Source: an uncultured bacterium (GTDB lineage: Bacteria > Margulisbacteria > WOR-1 > CAVSGV01). Taken from it: a stretch of 32,000 nt of DNA. Under the pieces are notes generated by a model. It searched no databases, was not told the origin of the DNA, and worked only from the letters and a program-made list of their open reading frames with translations. Where the stretch lies: the NCBI GenBank assembly GCA_963699255.1, contig OY969425.1, positions 720,001 to 752,000 on the forward strand, written 5' to 3'. Position numbers and translations under genes: made by a program. Shown here piece after piece: positions 15,352-23,070 of the stretch. How positions within the stretch are numbered: the first letter of the stretch is position 1; every line of letters begins with the position of its first letter.

Positions 15352-16908
15352 TTAAGGTTTAGGCCTTAACCCCCACATCAACGGACTTGGCTTTCTTCTG
15401 TTATAGAAATATCCTTTGTCAGGCTCTATCGCCCATGTTGGCGCAAGCCCTGTATTTACATCGATCCAGGTCCCCGATAACGAAAGATATGCCTCGTTAA
15501 AATCCGTTGTCCCAGGTATGTACTGGTAGATCACGTCCGCCGTTCCCGCGTCCCCCGTCCCGGCCCCCGATTCATAAAGATTTGAATTATCCAGGGTCAT
15601 CGGCTCCGCCTGCCCGGCGGCGATCAAGCTGAATCCGGACTCCATCGTAGACGGCCCCATGTATCCTCCCACCGCTCCAAACTGAGTCCCTGTAACGTTG
15701 GACATATTCGACCAGTTTGGTGCTGCATCATCCGACTTTATAGCGAAAAACTTCAGCCCAGCCGACAGTCCCCCGATGGTCACTTCCTGTGTTAAACCGT
15801 AATTCAGCGGCGCAGGCGTTGCGTAAGCAGGATCTACGGACGTCGCAAGATACCAGTCCACGAACCCTTCAAGAGTAGATGCTATGATCGGCTCCGAGCT
15901 GTACCTTATGTCATATCCCGACACATTGACATGATCGCCCAATCTGTCAGTATCGTACGGCGCTGTCCATTCCAGCGTCACCGTGTATGATCCCGCGCTC
16001 CCTCCAGAATCCTTTATCCTGAGGTCCGTTATTGTCTGCGGCGGCGTATTATCCGGGATGCGCAGCGTATGGAATGGTACAGATGTACTCCAGCCGCTTT
16101 CTCCAAATGAATTCCCCGCTTTCACCTTCACCCAATAATCAGTATCGTCGGACAGCCCCGTCATCCCTATCGACTTCAAGTCAGTCGAGTTCGGCGACGG
16201 ATAACGCTGCGTATTATACGACGGCGAGGACGTCCATCCGTTCGCGTTCGAGTCCAGTCCCCAGCTTATCACATAGTATCTCGCTCCAAAGGATGCCTCA
16301 AAAGTCGCCGTTGCGCTGGTAGTAGAAGGAGTCGGCACCAGTCCTGTGGGCGTGTCCGGCGCGGTCTTTGAGAACATTACCTGAAAATCTGAAAGCGCTA
16401 TCTCATTCGGCACTGGCGGCGTGTCCGGATTCGTGGTCGCAGTGAATATCTGGGATTCTCCGAACTTTGAATTGATTAAGCTGGGATCATTGTCCCACGC
16501 ACGCACGTAAAAGTAATTAACGCTCTCCTGCCCCGTTATACCATGATAGAACTTACCAGCCAGACTTGAAAACGAATCGTACTTATCCGCGTCATCTCCC
16601 ACATAATATGATTGCACAAAGCTCTCTCCGACCCCTACATTCCCGTCGCTCTGAGGACCAATTATATAGTTGTTTGACGCGTTTATGTACTGCAGCAGCT
16701 TCCCCGATGCCAGCGCAGACCCGGTATCATCCTTCACCGTCCCGAACGTGCTGAACCCCAGAGGTGCGGTGTACGGCGCCTGGTTAGGCGCGCAGCCCGC
16801 GTTCACCGAATAGTACGCGCAGTACGCTGGGCTCACCCAGCCTCCCATTATCACGATCAGCATAAAGATCAGTACCTTTAGCTTCCTTTTCATTTTATTT
16901 TTCTCCAT
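15352..16908 (-). CDS. Secreted protein: N-terminal YVRAW-type domain, two FN3-like domains, C-terminal tail domain shared with the giant protein
   Basis: SD AAGGAGGA lies 6 nt upstream of ATG 16908. Signal peptide MEKNKMKRKLKVLIFMLIVIMGGWVSPAYCA. FN3-like segments (PDTPTGL...YWVKVKAGNSFGESGWS; PPQTITDL...LEWTAP...YDIRYS). The C-terminus ...IEPDKGYFYNRRKPSPLMWGLRPKP parallels the giant protein's C-terminus. Confidence 0.75.
   Translation of the reverse strand: MEKNKMKRKLKVLIFMLIVIMGGWVSPAYCAYYSVNAGCAPNQAPYTAPLGFSTFGTVKDDTGSALASGKLLQYINASNNYIIGPQSDGNVGVGESFVQSYYVGDDADKYDSFSSLAGKFYHGITGQESVNYFYVRAWDNDPSLINSKFGESQIFTATTNPDTPPVPNEIALSDFQVMFSKTAPDTPTGLVPTPSTTSATATFEASFGARYYVISWGLDSNANGWTSSPSYNTQRYPSPNSTDLKSIGMTGLSDDTDYWVKVKAGNSFGESGWSTSVPFHTLRIPDNTPPQTITDLRIKDSGGSAGSYTVTLEWTAPYDTDRLGDHVNVSGYDIRYSSEPIIASTLEGFVDWYLATSVDPAYATPAPLNYGLTQEVTIGGLSAGLKFFAIKSDDAAPNWSNMSNVTGTQFGAVGGYMGPSTMESGFSLIAAGQAEPMTLDNSNLYESGAGTGDAGTADVIYQYIPGTTDFNEAYLSLSGTWIDVNTGLAPTWAIEPDKGYFYNRRKPSPLMWGLRPKP
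15355..15636 (-). other. C-terminal tail domain of the 518-aa protein (GFSLIAAG ... IEPDKGYFYNRRKPSPLMWGLRPKP)
   Basis: It shares GF(N/S)L, G(T/S)W, (F/I)EP(G/D)(R/K)GY(W/F), a Trp 6-7 residues from the end, and a terminal PKP with the giant protein's tail. Confidence 0.55.
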
Positions 16909-16932
16909 CTCTTTTCCTCCTTAAAATTAAAT

Positions 16933-19900
16933 TCAGGGTTTTGGATAAACCCAATCCACATCTCCCGCACTGTTCTTTATGACCCAGTATCCTCTTCCAG
17001 GCTCAAACGTCGTTAACGCCCCGCTCCAGCTCCCGCCGGAGTATATCGCGGGCTTCCATGTATTGTTGATATAACCCCACACCTTGTCAGATGAAGTTAA
17101 ATAACTGCTCAGGTTCGTCTGCGCCATCGTTCGCGTCGTGTTATATGCCGTGCCCACAAGATTAGCCTTTTGACCCTTTAAGGCTATCGTTCGATCTGTC
17201 CCCGATAAATTACCTGTGACCTCCACCGTTACAGCGCTGTTAACCTTTATCCAGTAACCCTTATCCGCTTCTATCGAAGTCAACGACCCTTTCCATGTCC
17301 CGTCATAATACGCTATTCTCCACCCGCTAGATGGCGAATAGGAATATATATATGCTGTTAACCCCGCCAGCTGATCCCCTATTACGCTGCTGATGGATGT
17401 ATCTTCCGGTATCACAGGCAGTGAGAACAGATTGAATCCAGCAGCCAGAGGCATCTTCAATCCAGGCGGCGTTATCGTGAGACTGAACTGCTTGTCATTT
17501 ACGACCGGCTGGCTGTCCCCAACCTCCACAGTGAACGTCTGGATCTCGAATGTAGACGGTGTCCCATGCAGCAAGCCGCTGGTTTCCAGCGTCAACCCAA
17601 GCGGCAGGCTCCCGCTTTTTAAGGACCACGTATATGGGGCCACTCCGCCCGTCGCGACAAGTGTCATATTATATGCGGAACCCTCCATCCCGTCCGGCAG
17701 CTGAGACGCCGTCGTGATTATCAACGGGTTTATCGCCGATGCCGTATATCCCGTATAATGGTAGCCCATGTCAACTGTCCCTGAATCGCCGTTCACTCCG
17801 TTCGGGTTGGTCCCATATCCATGCACATAGTCGAGTCCAAGGTCGGAAGCCTCGCCGGTACCCTTATCAATGCACTCCGAAGTAGTGAGAAGATACACAT
17901 TTCCTTTTGGCCCGCTGGCAAACAGCGGCTCCGAGCTGATATTGCCTGTACCCGTGTAGCCGTTCTGAATATCTGAATAGGTTACTGTTGGAGTGGAAGT
18001 GGCATCGTTGGAGATGCTTACTCCGGAAGTTTGATAATATATGATCGAGTTCTTGATCGTCGGGGAGCAGTTTTCGTCATAGATCCCGCCGCCGCTGTGC
18101 GCTTCCGCACTATTTAAAGTTAATGTGCAGTTTATGATGGTTGCGGGGCAATTATTGTTATAAATACCGCCGCCTTCGCTGGTCGCACTATTTGAAATAA
18201 AAGTACAGTTTTTGATCGTCGGAGAGCAGGGGTTGTAGTTATATAATGCGCCGCCGCCAAAGACACTTGTCGCGCTATTTGAAGTAAAGGTGCAGCTTTC
18301 AATGGTTGCGGACGCATAGTTGTTAACTATCGCTCCACCATAACCCCCGATATTTAAAGTAAAGGTACAGTTCGAGACTTCCGGGGAGGCGGCCCAATTA
18401 TACATACAGCCGCCGCCGTCCTGGCTGTATGTTCTATTTGATGTAAAGGTGCAGTTCGTGATGATAGAAGGTGTATTGGTGCCGGTGGTATTATAGTTAT
18501 ATATTGCGCCGCCGAAATCTCCGCTGTTCGACGCAAAGGAACAATTTGAAACCGTTGCGGTAGCATTGGAGTTATAAATCGCTCCGCCCTCGCTGGTCGC
18601 GCAATTTGAAGTAAAGTTGCAGTTCTTAATTATCGGGGAGGCAGTGGTAATATTATATATCCCGCCTCCGCCGGTACTCTTATTGCTGACAGTTGTTGAC
18701 TTATTTGAAGTAAAGGTGCAGTTTGTAATGGTCGGAGCGGAGCTGTTGTTAACTATCCCTCCGCCGCTACCCCCGGCACTGTTTGACTCAAAGGTGCAGT
18801 ATGAGATGAACGGAGACGAGCTGGCCCAGTTACGCATCCCGCCGGCGTTGCTTGTGGTCGCCCTATTTGAAGTAAAGGTGCAGTTCATTATGGTCGGGGA
18901 GGAACCGCTGTTATCCATCCCGGCAGCTACTGTCGCAACATTTGTAGTAAAGGCGCAGTACATGATGGTTGGGGAGGATCCGGTGAAGTCAGCCATCCCG
19001 CCGCCGCCTGATGCGAGGTTTAAATTAAAGGTGCAGTATATGACTTCGGGGGATGAGGTCAAGCAGTAGATCCCGCCGCCTTCGATCGTCGCATTATTGG
19101 AAGTAAACGCGCAGTTCGTTATGGTCGGAGAAGAGCTGGTAAGATAAAGCCCGCCGCCGTTGCCGGTCATATAACCCTTTTTAATCGTGAAATTCTCAAT
19201 AGTGGTGGGGGAACTAAGATTGGATCCATACATGCACTGGACCTTGCCCTCTCCGGATATTATGGTAGTGGTGGCGTCGCCGGTCGGGCTCCAATTACCG
19301 TCAAACCCTCCTTTTAAATATGTCCCGCTGTCCAGGGTAATGGTTTGTGTCAGGTGATAGACTCCCATCCTCACAAAGATAGCGTCACTGGTTACCGCGA
19401 CAGTCTCGGCGCTGTTGATCGTCTTGAACGGATCTGTCGGACTTCCGCTCCCGGGTCCCGCAACTCCGGCATCAACATACCAGTAATTATTGAAGTGTCC
19501 ATACGGCCCGGAGTCCAGGGTCGTCGGATTAGCTATGTTATCTCCATTGAAACTCTTTAGATGCAGATACCAGCCGTCGGTTGGCGCTTCCAATGTCAAA
19601 AGGCCGCTGCTCCAAGTGGTGCCCCCTCCTCCCCACGTCTCGGTCGCGCTCTGGGTCCATGTATATTGATAATACTGCACTCCTCCGGGTCCGAAGGCAG
19701 GCATGCTGGTGAATGTGCATGTTGTCCCGATCTTATTTGATGTCACATTGGGAGGAACAGCCCATGTATATTTCGCGTCAGTGGTCGATGGCAGAGATTC
19801 TCCGCCGTCGTTATATGAATGAACATGACGGGTATACTGGGTGTTGGCGGTCAATCCGCTCTCCACGGTGGTGTAGATCCCGGCACCTATGAGAGCTTCC

Positions 19901-22900
19901 AGACTTGAATAAGAATTATGCAAGCTATATCCTATTTCCCCAACTACGTTACTAGCCCATGACCAATGGATAGTAGAAACAGATTCTGCGGTGCCGAGGA
20001 AACCTGACGGCGCATCAGGATAAGCAACTCCACCTGTATATCCGGTATAATGATAGCCCATATCCACTATCCCGGTATCGCCTTTTGTCATATCCGTGTT
20101 GGTCCCACAACCCTCCGTCGATCCCAGCCCAATGGTGTTGGCGTCGCCGGAGCCGGAATTGGTGCATGGAGAGTAATCTAAAAGATGCACATCACCACCC
20201 GCCGCATTCACAAAGAGCGCATCCGCGCTGATATTGCCGGTCCCCGGGTAGCCCCCCTGAATGCAGGAGTAGGTTACCTCCGGAGTAGAAACGGCATCAT
20301 TAGAGATGTTCCCTCCAGAAGTTTGATAATATACAATCGAGTTCTTGATCTTTGGAGAGGCCGATGAGTAAGCATATATCCCGCCGCCATTCGCAGAACT
20401 ATTTGAAGTAAAAGTGCAGTTTGAAATGATCGGAGCGGAGGAGCTGAAATTCTGAATTCCACCGCCGTAAACAGACCCGCTGTTGAGAGTGAAAATACAG
20501 TTCGTAATGGTTGGAGAAGCAGCGATATTGAAAATTCCGCCGCCGGAACCACTTGTCGCACTATTTGAAATGAAAGAGCAATTTGAAATGCTTGGGGAAG
20601 AATTGCTGTTATATATACCGCCGCCGGACCCATTGGCCTTATTTGAAGTAAAAGCGCAGTTTGAAATCGCCGGGGTATCTAAAATGTTATAGATCCCGCC
20701 GCCATTATTACTTGCGTTGTTCGAAGTAAAAGCACAACTTGAAATGAGCGGATAAGATGAAGTGTAGTTGAATATTCCACTGCCATTGACCGCACTATTG
20801 AAAGTAAAGGCGCAGTTTAATATCTTTGGAGAAGATGTCGCGTTATACATTCCCCCACCGCCGTAGGAAGTGCTTTTTGCCTCATTCGAAGTGAATATAC
20901 AGCTGATTATCCTCGGAGAAGAATTGTTTAGATAAAGCCCCGCGCCGGCATCCGCGCTGCCGCTGCGAACGGTAAAATATTCAACAGTAGTTGCAGAACT
21001 AAGATAGGACCCATACATGCATCCGACTGTGGCATCTCCGGATATTACGGTAGTTGTGGCGTCGCCGGTTGAATTCCAATTACCATCAAATCCTCCTCTT
21101 AAATATGTCCCGCTGTCAAGAGTGATTGTGGATGTAAGACGATATACCCCCATCCTCACATAGATAGCTTCGCCGGTAACCGCTTTCGCCTCGGCACTGT
21201 TGATCGTTTTAAATGGATCTAATTGAGTGCCGCTCCCGGGTCCCGCAACTCCGGCATCCACATACCAGTACTTATTGAAAGGCCCGTACGGCCCGGAGTC
21301 CAGGGTCGTCGGATTGGCTATGTTATCTCCATTGAAACTCTTTAGATGCAGATACCAGCCGTCGGTTGGCGCTTCCAATGTCAAAAGGCCGCTGCTCCAA
21401 GTGGTGCTCCCTCCTCCCCAGGTCTCGGTTGCGCTCTGGGTCCATGTATATTGATAATACTGCACTCCTCCGGGTCCGAAGGCAGGCATGCTGGTGAATG
21501 TGCATGTTGTCCCGATCTTATTTGATGTCACATTGGGAGGAACAGCCAACGTATATTTCGCGTCAGTGGTCGACGGCAGTGACTCTCCGCCGTCGTTATA
21601 TGAATGAACATGACGGCTATACTGGGTGTTGGCGGTCAAACCGCTCTCCAGCGTTCCGGTAGCGTCAACCGTGGCAAGGCATATCAAATTGTGGTTGGCA
21701 TCATGCAGAGAATACCCTATCTCATCTATCACACTGCTGCTATCCCACGACCACTGGATTTGTGAAGTAGATTCAGCGGTGCCCAGGAAGCTTTCCGGCG
21801 TAGCAGGACAGGAAACCCCCGATAAATATCCGGAATAATGGTAGCCCATGTCCACGATCCCGGTATCGCCGTAGGCTTCATTAGTGTTGGTACCGAAACC
21901 CTCCAGCGAACTTAAGCCAAGAACATGGGCGTCGCCGCTTCCGGAATTGGTGCAGGGAGAGTAATCTAAAAGCCGCAGATTTGTGGGCGCGTTCACAAAG
22001 AGCGAATCAGCGCTGATATTTCCTGTCCCCGAATAGCCGCCTTGAATGCAAGAATAGGTTATAGCTGGGGAAGATCCGTTGCTGTTCCTTATGACGTTTA
22101 ATGATCCGGAATTCCCATAAATGATCGAGTTTAAAATATTCGGGGAGCAGTAGTTCGCATTACAGATCGCGCTGCCGTCGATGCCTGAGATGTTTGAATT
22201 AATGGTGCAGTTTGAAATGGTTGGGGAGGAATATAGGGTGTTATATATCCCGCCGCCGTACTGAGTGGCCTCATTTGAAGTAAAGGCGCAATTTGTAATG
22301 GTTGGGAAGGTAGGGTAGTTAGAGGCGGCAGAGCCATAGAACCCGCCGCCGTCAACTGCAACATTTGAAGTATAGGTGCAGTTTGAAATGTGCAGGGTGC
22401 TTAGGTAGGCGTTATACATCCCGCCGCCGTACTGAGTGGCCTCATTTGAAGTAAAGGTACAGTTTGAAATGGTTGGGGAGGTATGGTAGTTAGAGGCGGC
22501 ATTGCTATAGAACCCACCGCCGTCAACTGCAATATTTAAAGTAAAGGCGCAGTTTGAAATGGTTGAGGATGAGTAGTTGCTGATCCCGCCGCCATAGCTT
22601 GCAACGTTTGAAATAAAGGCGCTGTTCGAGATGATCGAGACGGAGGTGACGTTATATATCCCGCCGCCATAACCGGCTTCTGAGCTGTTTGAGGAAAATG
22701 TACAGCTTTCTATGGTCGGGCTGGAGTAGGTTTCGTTATATATCCCGCCGCCGCCGGATGTCGCGTCACATGAAGTAAAGGTGCAGCCAAAGATTCTCCG
22801 GAGAAGAGGTGTGGTTGAATATCCCTCCCCCATAGCCGTTGATCGAGCTGTTTGTTGTAAAACCGCAATTTGAGATGTTCGGGGAGGCACTTGCGTCATA

Positions 22901-23070
22901 TATCCCCCCTCCGTAACCGGTATTAGACTTATTTGAATGAAAAGTACAGCCGGAAATGGTCGGGGAAACACCGTTATTATATATCCCGCCGCCGTAACTC
23001 GTTGTGCTATTTGACTCAAAGGTGCAGTTTGAAATGTTCGGGGTGGAGGAGACAGTGTTGAATACTGCAC
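16933..23070 (-). CDS. Giant repetitive beta-helix surface protein, C-terminal segment (ORF 3 of 3; genuine frame begins near 22795)
   Basis: From ...IFGCTFTSCDATSGGGGIYNE onward the ORF is Pmp-like coils, caps, and FN3 plus beta-sandwich spacers. It ends with a He_PIG Ig domain and a 176-aa tail domain. The first roughly 90 codons of the ORF-track translation are an out-of-frame reading of the upstream segment. Confidence 0.85.
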   Translation of the reverse strand: MQYSTLSPPPRTFQTAPLSQIAQRVTAAGYIITVFPRPFPAVLFIQISLIPVTEGGYMTQVPPRTSQIAVLQQTARSTAMGEGYSTTPLLRRIFGCTFTSCDATSGGGGIYNETYSSPTIESCTFSSNSSEAGYGGGIYNVTSVSIISNSAFISNVASYGGGISNYSSSTISNCAFTLNIAVDGGGFYSNAASNYHTSPTISNCTFTSNEATQYGGGMYNAYLSTLHISNCTYTSNVAVDGGGFYGSAASNYPTFPTITNCAFTSNEATQYGGGIYNTLYSSPTISNCTINSNISGIDGSAICNANYCSPNILNSIIYGNSGSLNVIRNSNGSSPAITYSCIQGGYSGTGNISADSLFVNAPTNLRLLDYSPCTNSGSGDAHVLGLSSLEGFGTNTNEAYGDTGIVDMGYHYSGYLSGVSCPATPESFLGTAESTSQIQWSWDSSSVIDEIGYSLHDANHNLICLATVDATGTLESGLTANTQYSRHVHSYNDGGESLPSTTDAKYTLAVPPNVTSNKIGTTCTFTSMPAFGPGGVQYYQYTWTQSATETWGGGSTTWSSGLLTLEAPTDGWYLHLKSFNGDNIANPTTLDSGPYGPFNKYWYVDAGVAGPGSGTQLDPFKTINSAEAKAVTGEAIYVRMGVYRLTSTITLDSGTYLRGGFDGNWNSTGDATTTVISGDATVGCMYGSYLSSATTVEYFTVRSGSADAGAGLYLNNSSPRIISCIFTSNEAKSTSYGGGGMYNATSSPKILNCAFTFNSAVNGSGIFNYTSSYPLISSCAFTSNNASNNGGGIYNILDTPAISNCAFTSNKANGSGGGIYNSNSSPSISNCSFISNSATSGSGGGIFNIAASPTITNCIFTLNSGSVYGGGIQNFSSSAPIISNCTFTSNSSANGGGIYAYSSASPKIKNSIVYYQTSGGNISNDAVSTPEVTYSCIQGGYPGTGNISADALFVNAAGGDVHLLDYSPCTNSGSGDANTIGLGSTEGCGTNTDMTKGDTGIVDMGYHYTGYTGGVAYPDAPSGFLGTAESVSTIHWSWASNVVGEIGYSLHNSYSSLEALIGAGIYTTVESGLTANTQYTRHVHSYNDGGESLPSTTDAKYTWAVPPNVTSNKIGTTCTFTSMPAFGPGGVQYYQYTWTQSATETWGGGGTTWSSGLLTLEAPTDGWYLHLKSFNGDNIANPTTLDSGPYGHFNNYWYVDAGVAGPGSGSPTDPFKTINSAETVAVTSDAIFVRMGVYHLTQTITLDSGTYLKGGFDGNWSPTGDATTTIISGEGKVQCMYGSNLSSPTTIENFTIKKGYMTGNGGGLYLTSSSPTITNCAFTSNNATIEGGGIYCLTSSPEVIYCTFNLNLASGGGGMADFTGSSPTIMYCAFTTNVATVAAGMDNSGSSPTIMNCTFTSNRATTSNAGGMRNWASSSPFISYCTFESNSAGGSGGGIVNNSSAPTITNCTFTSNKSTTVSNKSTGGGGIYNITTASPIIKNCNFTSNCATSEGGAIYNSNATATVSNCSFASNSGDFGGAIYNYNTTGTNTPSIITNCTFTSNRTYSQDGGGCMYNWAASPEVSNCTFTLNIGGYGGAIVNNYASATIESCTFTSNSATSVFGGGALYNYNPCSPTIKNCTFISNSATSEGGGIYNNNCPATIINCTLTLNSAEAHSGGGIYDENCSPTIKNSIIYYQTSGVSISNDATSTPTVTYSDIQNGYTGTGNISSEPLFASGPKGNVYLLTTSECIDKGTGEASDLGLDYVHGYGTNPNGVNGDSGTVDMGYHYTGYTASAINPLIITTASQLPDGMEGSAYNMTLVATGGVAPYTWSLKSGSLPLGLTLETSGLLHGTPSTFEIQTFTVEVGDSQPVVNDKQFSLTITPPGLKMPLAAGFNLFSLPVIPEDTSISSVIGDQLAGLTAYIYSYSPSSGWRIAYYDGTWKGSLTSIEADKGYWIKVNSAVTVEVTGNLSGTDRTIALKGQKANLVGTAYNTTRTMAQTNLSSYLTSSDKVWGYINNTWKPAIYSGGSWSGALTTFEPGRGYWVIKNSAGDVDWVYPKP
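16936..17463 (-). other. Unassigned 176-aa C-terminal tail domain of the giant protein (GFNLFSLP ... EPGRGYWVIKNSAGDVDWVYPKP)
   Basis: It carries an internal duplication (GTWKGSLTSIEADKGYWIKVNSA and GGSWSGALTTFEPGRGYWVIKNSA). Its final part is homologous to the C-terminus of the 518-aa protein. Confidence 0.6.
17464..17733 (-). other. He_PIG-type putative Ig domain within the giant protein
   Basis: LPDGMEGSAYNMTLVATGGVAPYTWSLKSGSLPLGLTLETSGLLHGTPSTFEIQTFTVEVGD matches the classic LPxGxxGxxY...atGG..PytW....G.LP.GL.L....G.l.GtP pattern (PF05345 expected). Confidence 0.8.
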
